A stretch of DNA of 63,623 nt, counting the filler, from Licmophora abbreviata (Eukaryota): NCBI GenBank assembly GCA_900291995.1. It is 13 parts of 13 records of this genome, joined end to end, with 100 filler letters (N's around TTAATTAATTAA, not from the genome) between each part and the next. Parts side by side here need not be neighbours in the genome. Positions count along the whole stretch, not along the records: positions 16,926 to 24,471 come from OLMU01000119.1; positions 24,572 to 28,432 come from OLMU01000120.1; positions 28,533 to 34,404 come from OLMU01000121.1; 10 more parts are not named here. One strand, written 5' to 3'. The notes below the pieces were generated by a model. The model ran no database searches, had not been told where the DNA came from, and worked only from the letters and a program-made list of their open reading frames with translations. Every line of letters starts with the position of its first letter. Positions within the stretch are counted from its first letter, which is position 1. Below are positions 22,166 through 33,872 of the stretch, piece after piece. The translations under genes were made by a program, and so were the position numbers.

Positions 22166-24050
22166 TCAGATGCCAACCAAGACACCAAAGGCAAGGATAA
22201 CGCCAGTCCAGAGGGCAGCACTAGGAGCGGAGGAAGTCGGGCTTTCTGGCGGGGGAGGGATAAAGGGGAAGGGCGTGGGCATGACAGTAGGCGGGGCCTG
22301 TGGAGCACCCGGCTCGTTCGTTGGCATGGGCGTAGGCAAAGGAGTCGGGGGCGAAGTAGGCGGGGCTTCTGGTGCTCCAGGTTCGCTCGTTGGAAGAGGC
22401 GTAGGAACAGGCGTCGGCGGCGAAGTTGGAGACATAGTCGGATCAGTTGGAGGCAGTGTCGGGGATCTGGTGGGAGCTGCCCCTTGAAACGTAACGCATG
22501 TCTCTGTCGTCCCCAGTCCTTGACTCACTGCTTCAGACCATTGAAAATCCGTAAACATGGTCACTTGTGGGATGGTGAACGATCCTTCTCTTTGAAGAAT
22601 GCTTGAAAAACATTCAAGCCGCTCGCCAGAGTCGCGGTCCCACTGAGGGTCACACTCGTAGAAATGCTCATAAAAACTGTAGTCCCCTCCTGCTGCTGGA
22701 TCACCACAGAACACTCCCAACAAGAGTGCGCTCCATACGAGGTCATCCGTATCTGCAGAGTCGCCGGTGGCGACGTTGGGAAGGAAGTCAACCTTTGTTT
22801 CTGGGACCTGCGAAGCCTTGCAGGTCTATAAGTGACAAAGTAAACCGCAAGCAAATATTAGAGAATTCATAGTAAGGCTTCATGTATCAATCGCACGGTT
22901 CAAACTCACATAGACGAAACCGGATAATTCGGGCTGACGAATGAAAACATCCCCGGAACTGAATTTATGGTAGCTCAGTTGATCAGAGTCTGTGCAGAGG
23001 ATCGAATTGGCCCCTTCGGTCTGACACGACACAGAATCCTCCAAACCCCCCAAGAATTGGATCTCACCGTTGGTACACGTAGCCCTGACTTGGGGAGGGC
23101 TCTCCTCAACATCAAACTGATTAAAACCCATTCCGAATCTCGCTTGAAACCGAGCAGTGTATTCACCGACTGGTACTGGTGCTGGCGCAGGTGCTGGGCG
23201 CGGGGAGATCGGTCCTCCGTTCACCGATGAGAGGCACGCATCACTGAAATAGTGCTCTTCAGAAGTGATGATGATATCCTCGAATTCAATTACGCTGTTC
23301 CGAGCGTTTTCACCAAACACGCAAGTCATTCTTTCATTGGCGTTGAGATAGGGGACCCCAAAGTTACAGTCCACGACCGAAATTGAGAAGTCAAAGTCTC
23401 CTCCAATACCAATATCGGTACAGAAGACGCCCATCTGAGCAAGGTGAAAGTTCCGTGCGTCTCCAAACACATTTCCATTTCCACAGGATCCATCGCCATT
23501 GTCAAGATAGATGAATCTGGACTCGACCGTTTCTCCTGTGCATGACCAGAAGATTTCGCCGTACACATCTTCATCGTCAAAGGACCCACCAGCGTTCAGC
23601 CAGATGCTGTCGCACTTGGCTTGATTCTCGCACGTGTTGATACATCGAATTTCGTTCCATCCCGGATCGCTCTGCTGTGCACTAAGCGGAGCACAGACAA
23701 TGGTTGGATCTGACGTACGGATGAACTCAATCTCTCCGCGACAGGAGGCTTTCAATTCCGGGCGAATGAGGTCGCACGAGTTATCGACCAACTTCGAGAA
23801 GCTCCCGACGTAGTTCGCTTTCAGAGTAGTTTGCAGATTGCGAGTATCTTGCAATGCTGGGTATGTAAAAAGCAAGCATACGGGGTGAGGTCGCAGTATA
23901 GTACATGGACGGTACGTCCAGTCTCGTAGTGAGTGCCAACACGTACGTCACTCATTTCGTTTCGCATGACGTACCCACAATAGACGGCATGGAGGAACCG
24001 AAAAGAACCGTGCCCAGCACCAGCATCGCAGCTCCTTGGAAGTTCATCAT
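22166..24050 (-). CDS. Secreted/cell-surface Cys-rich protein with RXL motif, Pro/Thr stalk and C-terminal hydrophobic anchor (3 exons)
   Basis: Signal-like MMNFQGAAMLVLGTVLFGSSMPSIV, intron, ALQDTRNLQ; Cys-rich body; PTxxP repeats; C-terminus SSAPSAALWTGVILAFGVLVGI. Confidence 0.7.
22275..22480 (-). repeat. Coding Pro/Thr repeats, including an imperfect ~22-codon duplication
   Basis: PTSEPGAPEAPPTSPPTPLPTPM / PTNEPGAPQAPPTVMPTP. Confidence 0.75.
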
Positions 24051-24590
24051 AACTGGTACGGTATAGGCACGAGTAGACAATCGTCCTATTTTGGGAGTGG
24101 ATGATACAATGCACTTGATGCACACACAATATTGCTCAAATGGTGACGGAGGTTTGGATATCGTCCGTGTCCGCAACAAAAAATGAGACGAACAACCTAC
24201 GCGTCATCAGCGGCGACGTGGTTGAATCGAATCTTTCTTCATGCGGGTCGTGCCACGAATGCATGTTGTAACGTCTGGCCTCCACCCTGACCCGCGCGGG
24301 GATGGACCGGCGCTGTAGCATTACATTGTACCCCTGGTCTCGCCGTGTGTTGGCGGCGCCTCGACCACAGTCCACCGGTGTGTGTGTGTGGGACACTCCG
24401 CCTCGGGGCTTGTCATCATCTTTTAGTTCTTCCTCCGCTCGATGACAATATTGGCTTATGACGAAGCAATCNNNNNNNNNNNNNNNNNNNNNNNNNNNNN
24501 NNNNNNNNNNNNNNNTTAATTAATTAANNNNNNNNNNNNNNNNNNNNNNNNNNNNNNNNNNNNNNNNNNNNTCGATGACAATATTGGCAT

Positions 24591-25298
24591 ATGACGAAGC
24601 AATCCTTGCCACATGAGATTTCGCGGAGAATAGTTCGTCGGCGAATCCGTCGATTACCCCCAATGGTGTCATCACATTCTCTTCAGTGGAGTGCCCTGTC
24701 GCAATCCGGTTCTCGGCTCTTTGCGACCGACAAGGACGAAAATGAGTCAATGTTTACTCCTCGAGCGCTTCCGAACCCCAAAGGATACAAGGAAATGCCT
24801 ATTCGATGGCCAAAGACCTTTTCGGAGTGGAAACGCGTCCTCTCCAAATCGTTCGTTGATTACAAGAGCACCTTTGATGGATTCAAGAACCAGGGTCCAA
24901 AGGAGGAGAAGATTGAGAAGAAGATCGAAGAAGCAGCGGGAAGCGTCCATCTTGGTAGAAAACAAGTACAAGAAAATGTCCAACGCAATGCAAAATTTAT
25001 TTCCGAAGAAGGAACCAAGGTAGTAGAGACGATCCAAGAAACGACTGGGGTCTACACTACCGATGACCTAAAGAGATGGGCAGGAAGGCAGCTGAAACTT
25101 GCGAATGAGTGCCTTGCAGAGTTTATGGCGGGGTATCGACAAGGGCGCGACGAGGAATTGGAGCGGGTACTCAACGAGTACTTTGCCGACATGGAAAAAA
25201 CAGACAGCGGAAACGAAAATAGTGCCAGCGAAGCGAGCGTTGTTAAAGCCGCTCCACGGAAGCGGAGGAAGCCCATCCGAAGAATCAAACAAGTCTAG
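24591..25298 (+). CDS. Hypothetical protein, possible mitochondrial presequence and coiled-coil
   Basis: 235-aa ORF with Arg-rich N-terminus ending SRLFAT; helical, charged body (LAEFMAGYRQGRDEE). Confidence 0.6.
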   Translation: MTKQSLPHEISRRIVRRRIRRLPPMVSSHSLQWSALSQSGSRLFATDKDENESMFTPRALPNPKGYKEMPIRWPKTFSEWKRVLSKSFVDYKSTFDGFKNQGPKEEKIEKKIEEAAGSVHLGRKQVQENVQRNAKFISEEGTKVVETIQETTGVYTTDDLKRWAGRQLKLANECLAEFMAGYRQGRDEELERVLNEYFADMEKTDSGNENSASEASVVKAAPRKRRKPIRRIKQV

Positions 25299-25653
25299 AG
25301 TCCTATTGAACGTCCCGCGGTGCAGTCTACTCGCACTAATCATAGAGATCATAGAGCTTTTCACCTTCCAGCTTCTTGCCCCCTTTTCGTCTTTCCGCTT
25401 TCCGGCACTGTCAGTGGAGAGCCGTTATACATCATGTGTACACGCAGATCAATGATATGCACAGCTTCTATTCAGTTTCGGACGCCCGCGACAGGAAAGC
25501 TTCTAAAATACTAGTACTCGTATTCCATTTCATCGATAAAGAGCGCCACGGACGAAAGTGGACGACGACGAACGCGATGATGAGGTTCGATGACGAAAGA
25601 ACGGCGGCGTGTGCCCACAGCGCCAGTGTCCGCTTGATTCCAAGCCGCTGACC

Positions 25654-27267
25654 ATGGTATTCGGTGGATTAAGACCGATTTCGTCCAGATTCGTGCTGGA
25701 TGCGCTCGCGTTGGTCTTGCTCGCCTACTGCACGTTTTCGTCCGTCAAAACCGCGATCAATGTAGTGCTCCTGCTCTCTGCAGCGCTGGTGACTGTCGCG
25801 ACCGCGGATTTCACAAATCGATGGACCGTCACGTTCCCTATGGTGCCCGTTCTTCTTCTTCAGGGGCTTCGGCGGCTAGATGTTATAGCGGACAGAGAAT
25901 GGGCCAAGATTCTTATTGCTGCCTTGACTGTGGCGTTCCTTCTCATAATGGCCGCATTATCCATTTTGTTTCCCGCCGTGACACTACCTCCGATCAATGG
26001 GAAATACAATATTGGAATGGTATCCTTGTATTTACCAGTCGACTACTCCACTGTGCATGGTGGCAGGGACGAGACAGATTCTTACGTGGCAGCGCGAATC
26101 CTGTACCCGACCATGGACAAAGCGGAGAAGATGCCATACCTGGACCCATCCATTTCTGCTGAGTTGTGCAAGCAATACATTGCCATGGGGGCACCACCCG
26201 TCCTGAAGAGTTTTGGGTGGATTCTACACAACTGGCGGTTGATTCATTTGGATGTCAAGCACAATGCAAAACCCATCGCGATAGAGGACAAGGGGCTTCC
26301 GTTAGTGGTTTATTCTCACGGCCTGGGAGGGTCGCCGGCCATCTACTCGTACCAAACTCACTCACTTGCTGCGAATGGGTACATTGTACTCGCCATAGAA
26401 CACAGCGATGGGAGTGCGGCTCTGTCCAAGCGACGGGACGGAAGCGTACAAACGTTCGACAGCGACATTGGTAAACTGTGGTCGGACGGCAAGGAAGTGG
26501 AGTATGTTCGTAAGTACTGTTAGGGTTATAATGGCGACGCTCCTTGTAAGTGGATAGACATGAGAGAGACCACTCACGAGTGATTCACTCGTCATATAGG
26601 AGAGCGAAGAGCACGAACAAATCACCGGGTAAAGGAGTTCTTGGCGGCAACCTTGTCTATGCTAAGTCTCAACGAGGAGAACCTCCCAGAACTCTCTTCT
26701 GCTGGCGTGTCATTTGCGAATCACATTAACGTCAAAGATGTTCATTTCATGGGCCACTCTTTTGGTGGTGCCACAGCTTTAACGGCGGCGGCTCGGCGGC
26801 CGGACCTTGTCGCATCGATTGTTGCACACGAGCCTGTCTTGGACTGGATGCCAGACGATGCGCGACGCTCATTGCTTGAACCAGAACGGATCAAGGGCGC
26901 TCCAAGAGAGTACTCGGGTGGAACAGGAGGCTACGAAGCAGATTCGCTTAGTAGAGGCGAAACAGCCTCTCTGCATGATAAGAATATGCTCTTCCTCTAT
27001 TCTTCAGAGTGGAAAGACAAGAACTGGGGAGGAGCCGACTTTCTGGAATTCATGCATCAACAGGGCAAACTCGGTCGAAGAGGGTCCGACTTCGGTGTTG
27101 TCGCTGATGCACACCACAACGAGTTTAGTGACACGTGCAAGTTGACCCCTGTTTGGCTCGGGCGTATGGTCGGGGCGACGGGACAACGCAATCCCCTGGA
27201 CACTGGCGCCGAGATACGGGAACGGACGCTGGTGTTCTTGGACACAGTAAGGTCTCAATCTCCGTAG
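25654..27267 (+). CDS. PAF-acetylhydrolase-like alpha/beta hydrolase with N-terminal TM helices, 1 intron (about 26512-26599)
   Basis: [45 protein letters not shown] (nucleophile elbow), AHHNEFSD. Confidence 0.85.
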
Positions 27268-27614
27268 CGGATACAATCGTAGATCATACACATGTGTCTT
27301 CATACCTTCTTCCTACCTTCGCCATTGTGTAGACGAAGGAACACAAGTACAGCTGACCAACGTGACACGGTCTAACGCATTCTAATAGTAAATGGACCCA
27401 ACGCGCGGATATAGTCTCTGTGCGCGAGTACGCGCCATCGAGCATCGCAACGCACACAACACACAACCCAAACAAGAACGAAGCCAGAAGGAAGCGCGTC
27501 ACCACGACATAGCATCCAATACATTGCCGCGCTGTGCCGTCGATTGCTGCTACGCGTCAAGCATATGTATCCGATAGCTATTAGTGTCTTGATTCTGCTC
27601 CGTTCGGCTTCATA

Positions 27615-29385
27615 ATGGGAAAGAAACACCGTCAGGGTCGTTCCTCCAGCGGCCCGTTCGCCTCATCCGGTCCACAGCATGCCACTGCGACGTCGACACG
27701 CGAGACGACTGCCGAGGTTGCTTTCTCATCTTCCGAAACTGCCAGTCTCACTGCCCCATACGTTCCTTTCTTTCGGTGGCTGCGCAAACAGCGCAAGGGG
27801 CTTTACTGGATCACGGCCATCGCTGCGTTGGGAGCGCTGTTAGGATTCGGCTTTGGAACAGGGTACTTGACGGGCGCAGCGAGTGAGCCGATTGAGCTAT
27901 GGCGTCTTAATCTTGGCAAAAGGGTTCGATCTACGCTCACCTATCGAATTGCTACGTTCCAAAAGCTGCCTTGGGCCCCACTGGTTGACCTCTGGAAGAG
28001 AACTTCGGATCAGAACTATGGCTCTCAAAAGAATCTCATGGGCGATCCAGGTCATCCCCGGGTGTTTCAAGTATTGCGGGAAGCAATCGTTCGGGAAACG
28101 AACGGCTACGTACATCCGGATCTCGGTATGTTAATACCGGCACCCAGCGGGGCAGCGAGAGGATTAGGCATGGTACACGATAGCTACGATAAGTGCCAGC
28201 GAAACTGTATGCCAGGACTGGCATCCGAGAAGAATCAATCGAGCGGCTCAGACATGGCACAACATCAGTATCAGCAGGAAGAGGTGTTATTGCGAGTTCC
28301 ACTAGGCATCCAGATGACACGGCAAAAGGCATTGGCTACGCTCAAATCTCTGTACCCAGCGGATATATTGGTAAGGAAGCCCCTGGAGGACCTAGACGAT
28401 GCTGCCCTGCTTGTTCTGCTACTAGCGCATGANNNNNNNNNNNNNNNNNNNNNNNNNNNNNNNNNNNNNNNNNNNNTTAATTAATTAANNNNNNNNNNNN
28501 NNNNNNNNNNNNNNNNNNNNNNNNNNNNNNNNACCTAGACGATGCTGCCCTGCTTGTTCTGCTACTAGCGCATGAGCGTTCCAAGTCCCGCGCCTCACGC
28601 TATGTGGCATACATCGCTTCACTGCCGACGGAGCCTTCGTGTGGGTACTGGATGAAGTGGAGACCCTACATGAATGATGCTGCTGAGGCCATGTCCCACT
28701 ATGGTATTGGAAGCGACATGACTGGTTGGCCAAACGAGCTAAACAGGGCAGGGAAATACGCCGACAAGATTGCTATGGGACTGTCGCAAGACTACGGTGC
28801 TTACGTTGGAACCCCTAACGGCATACCAGTACTGGAGAATTTGCAATGGGCGCTCTGCCATGTAGCGTCTCGTGCTACGGCTGGATCTGATAGATACGGC
28901 GCCCTTCGTCTCGTACCGATGCTGGATATGATCAACCACGATGTCAACGCTGGCGGATTCGTCGAGCTGCTAGGGGACGAAAGAATTGGTAAGTAAGAAG
29001 TCGGGAGAGCGGGTGGCTGTTGCAGTCGTGTGGCTCTTACAAAATATTGTTTGCTGTGCTGTCTTCATCAGAGAAAGGAGATTTTGTCGATGCGAGTGAA
29101 GACGATCACGGCGCGTTTGTAGTTCGTAGTTTGCGGCATGGACGAAGAAAGCCACTAAGGAAGGGACAGGTACGTTGTAAGGGAAATGCGTTGGAAGTTC
29201 TCTGGCTGAAGTCTCACACACTTCTCGTCGCGGTCGTTAAGGAGCTACTCGCGAACTACAACGTTCCAAACTACACTCCTCTCGACTGGTTCGTATCGCT
29301 GGGCTTTGTACCTCCGGAACTTTGGCACAGGTGGGAGAAGCTCGACGCTGCACTACCAAGAGTAAGGAGAGACCGCTCGTTTTGA
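27615..29385 (+). CDS. SET-domain (Rubisco LSMT/SETD6-like) methyltransferase with N-terminal TM helix; spans a false gap, 2 introns
   Basis: GAARGLG, LLRVP, WHTYIASLP-like segment, LQWALCHVASRA, LVPMLDMINHD, KGQ|ELLANY, SLGFVP. Confidence 0.75.
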
Positions 29386-29884
29386 GCACCGATGCTGCCT
29401 CATTAACTTTGTTAGTGTTCGCTTACGTCGCATCTATTGCGGTGCGCTAATACTAGAAGCCAAAGTCGTTTAGAGTCCGTGGCGGCCTTGTCATGCTGTC
29501 TCCTCTAGTGTCCGAGCAGGCAGTTTCCCTACCAGCATCTTAGTCTATTCTAGGCAGAGGTTTCGCCTCCATAAGTGATCACGACTCTTTTAGAGAGTGA
29601 GATCGTCATGGTCGGGTAGATCACAGAAGCCGCCATACACCAATTTGTTGCCCCTCCGTCATTCGTCGGGACCATCATCACAGTGCGGTGGCGCGCGCTT
29701 TCTGGACGGCACATTCCGTCAATTTCATCCGTCAGCATCACTCCCACGGCACAGCTGTCATTGTTGCCGGAGTTGCGGTCTTTGCCGCCGTGAGGTAAGG
29801 TCTTCTTTCTTCTTCTCATGCCGAACCGCTTCGACAAGTTTGCTGCTGCTAGTAGCAGCGCATCGCAAAAGCGAAGGGGGCTGG

Positions 29885-32800
29885 ATGGCGACGAAGAAGA
29901 AAGGCAAAGACGATGCCCAAATCAAACGAGATTCCGCGAAAGCCCTGGCGCTGCGCAAGTCGTCAGCGAAACAGCGCAACAAGCCACTCAAGGGAAAGGG
30001 AGGGCGCAAGGATCAATACAGTGATGAAGAGAGTGACGGAGATCTCGATGATTTCATTGTGGATGATGAGGAGGAGATTTCGGAAGAAGAATATTCATCA
30101 GACGCCGACGAACTAGATTTAGTGGACGACAGGAAACCCGCAGCCGAGCCGTCAGGGAGCGATTCAGATTCGGAGAACTACGACTCATTCTTTAAAGATA
30201 TGCCGAAGCGAACAAGTATTCCGCCGCCTGGCTTGCGTGCCAGTGCAGCCAAAAGTCGAAAGGCGCCTCTCCGATATCGGTCTACGAAACAACGACCGAT
30301 TGCAAGGTCTTCCAAGCGTGACCCAGTCTTGCTTTTGTCGTCGGACGAAGAGAGCCCCGCTCAAAGTTAAATCAATGGTGTCACAGATACATAAAACACC
30401 CTTCATCGAGGAAAAGAAGGGAGATGACACAGATTTCTCTCAGGATGATTTGGTTGATACGCCAGCGAAGAACAAGTCGTCACGATACTTCCAGAAAGCT
30501 GATCCGCTCTCCACAGCAAGTAATGGATCGGCTCCGTCTGACTACAGTCCATTCGTTCACGCAAGACCCGTAAGGAATGACTCTGACGTTGAGGTGGTCG
30601 AGGCCACAGATTTCAAAAGGAGTGCGTCCGGTAGAGTTGCACGCGCCAGTTCTCTAGCTGATTCCTCAGACGATGATATGGCAGAGGCACTGGCGATTAG
30701 CAAAGCAGTAGCAAATAGCTTGAGCAATGAAAAGAAACCGGCGTTTAAACGACTTCAGAAGCAGAGCAACAAGCCAAAAAAGAAGAAAAAGACGAATCGC
30801 ATGGCGGTCAACAGCGAAGACGATGTGGAAGAAGTACTTGATCTCGCCGAATCGTCGTCGGACGAAGAAGACACTCAGCAGGAAGCTTACGAGGACGAAG
30901 AAGCACGCGAGGCTGGCTCGGCACTCAAGATAGCTAATGATCTCAGTGCGCAGGTGCTCCAGGCAGTGTCCAGCTGGGCGCAGAGTGACGACGGCGTAAC
31001 CCTTCCAAAGGGAATCATTGTCGAAGGAGCAGTGTCTCTCGCAACGTGCAGTGCCAAATCCGCGTGTCATTTATGGATATCGCAGGAAGAGATGCGGGCG
31101 GCGTGCCCGCATATCACACTGTCTGACTACCAACTGATTGGGGTGAACTGGCTGGCACTCTTGCATGGGCTAACTTGTGAAGTTGACAGGGGGAACGAAA
31201 AGCGCACTACGAATGTGAACGGAGTTCTCGCCGACGAGATGGGTAGGTTGAGGACTCGTGAGATACGCAACCTATTGCTACACTATCTTCTCTCACACAA
31301 GACGTCTTCCTAACGCAGGTCTTGGGAAAACGGCTCAGACAATTGCGTTTCTAGCTTGGTTGCGGTACAAGCGACTTGGTTGTCAGAAGGCCCGCCAAGG
31401 TGTCGAAAGCGATAACCAGACCATCTCGTTGTTGGATGACGACAGTGACATTGAAGCGGAGGGCAATTCAACCCTCGGCGAGGCTTCGTTCGAGGCCTCG
31501 ACTGGACAGTCATCATCCGTTTACATGCCACATCTAATTGTTGTGCCAGCCGGTCTATTGGCGAACTGGGAAATTGAATTCAAGAAGTTTTGTCCTGAAT
31601 TGAATATTGTCACGTAAGTTCGAATCATTTGAGAAACAAGCTTCATCGCATCTCTTTATCGTGGGCACTAATCCAACTGCGTTCCACTTTGCGAAATAGG
31701 TACTATGGCACAATGGCTGAAAGGGCCGAACTACAAGACAGTCTGCGGAAACACTTGCCGGGGGCACCTCGTAGTTCTGCGGGTTCTGCGCTAGACGTTA
31801 TTTTGACACCGATATCCAATTTTAGTAAAGAGAAGTCGGACGACCGCGCCTTTCTTCGCAAATTTCGATTCGAGTACATGATCATCGGTAAATAGTGTGT
31901 CGTGGGAGCTGTGTTATTCGGATATTCCCACTCACGTCCACTCGCGGCATCGTTCTGCTCGCAGACGAGGCCCACGCCCTCAAAGATGCGAAAGGGGCGA
32001 GATATCGAAACCTGGATAAATTCTCTTCCGCCCACCGCCTCCTCCTTACTGGAACTCCTGTTCAGAACTCCCCAAAAGAGCTCATGGCTCTTCTCTGCTT
32101 CCTCATGCCTCTCTTTTCCCGCAACAAGGGAGCAAGTGGAGGGTACGAAGAAGGCAGGGGCAACGATGGGGGAGAAAGTATGCTGCAGCACTTTGTATCA
32201 ATGGAGTCGTCTGGAGCGGGCGAGTTCTCCAACGAGGTCGCATATCGCAAGTTGAAGCAGCTTTTCGCGCCCTTTGTACTGAGACGTCGGAAGCATGATG
32301 TTCTACGTCAGTTGCTCGAGCCAAAGGTGACTGCACGTGTCGCAGCTGTCCAACGTTACGCTGGAAGAGACAAATCGTTCTCAATTGATTCATTAAATCT
32401 CTTTTTCAGACGACCAAAGTTGAGCTTGTACCACTCGACGACGCCACTCGCCAAGTCTACGACTCCCTCCTTGCCAACCATATTCACAAGCGTGAGGAAG
32501 CGTCAGCCGGTGCGGGTAGCTACTCCGAAAGACAGCACTTGTTCACAGCTCTTCGAAAAGCTGCAAACCATCCGCTTCTGCTTCGTACTCGCCACAAGAC
32601 GGAAGAAGATATCGCGCATCTCGCAAAATATTTCTACCTCTTAGGACACTTCGGGTTCGACACGACATGCACTGACAGACATGTGAGGAGTGAGCTCGAA
32701 AAATACAGCGATTTGGACATTCATCTAACCGCCCTTGGGATGATCGAGGAGAATAAGCACAGGCGAGACACCTTGTCGCGGTTCGTTCTTGAAGAGGAGG

Positions 32801-33551
32801 ATCTTTTCTCGTCGCCAAAGTTTGTGAGGCTGCGCTCGCTTCTACCCGACCTCGTCGTGAAAGGCCATCGCATTCTTATTTTTTCGCAGTGGACAAAATG
32901 CATGGACCTACTCGGATGTCTAGTGGAGTCCTTGGGTCTTCAGTTCCTTCGTCTCGACGGAAATACGACGGTGTCGGATCGCCAGGAATTGATTGACGAA
33001 TTCAATCAAGACGATTCCATTCCTGTGTTTTTACTGTCGACTAGGGCCGGTGGCATGGGTAAGATTTACGATGTGCCGGAGCACGTGTTCCTTGGACCTG
33101 TACTGACTCTTCGACTTTCCTCAGGCATTAATTTGACAGCAGCCGATGTGTGCATCCTTCATGATTTGGACTTCAACCCTTTCAATGACGAGCAAGCGGA
33201 GTCTCGCTGCCACCGCATCGGGCAGCGCAAGCCCGTCACGGTTGTCAAGGTAAGCGTATATGTACAAGTCTTGTACTGGCAGCGCTGTGCACGTTCTTCG
33301 CTGAGCATCCGCTTGTCGCTTTCCTCTCGCAGATGGTTACTCAGGATACAGTGGACGAAGGCATTTACAAAATGCAGCAGCGCAAGGCGAAAATGAACGC
33401 TGCGATCCTTGATTCAGCTCAGTCAGACTCTTCGAGCTCGGCATCAAGCAGGAAAGACGATGATCGCAAGGAGATCAACAACATGTTGCAATCGGCAGTC
33501 CATCGATACCTCCATTCACCAGAGCCTGCGAAGAGGTCTGCGTCAAAGTAA
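29885..33551 (+). CDS. SNF2-family chromatin remodeller (SMARCAD1/Fun30-like), multi-exon, frameshift at C-run about 30355-30358
   Basis: LSDYQLIGVNWL, GVLADEMG|LGKT, HLIVVP, DEAH, RLLLTGTPVQN, PFVLRR, LRKAANHP, ILIFSQW, RLDG, FLLSTRAGG, DFNPFNDEQAESRCHRIGQ. Confidence 0.92.
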
Positions 33552-33872
33552 GACGCTTCGGTTGCACTTGAGTGGCTCTAATGTATCGCGTAAGATAGAA
33601 GACATTGAAAGGGTGCGATCGTCTATTCGTACTAGGGTATACGATACCCGGTATCGATACCGCGTCTCGTTCGAGTAATTTGTTACTGCTATCGTATGTG
33701 GCGCGAGGACCCATTTGAACATTTTCAAATTTGCCTGGCCGGCGTCCATTCGTTTGTGTCCGTCTGTCGCACGCATCGCACGACAGCCATGCAACCTACT
33801 CCGAGTATCACACATCAGCGCCGCAACAAAGAACAAATGCATCAATTTGCCGACGGTATCATCGTCCTGATC

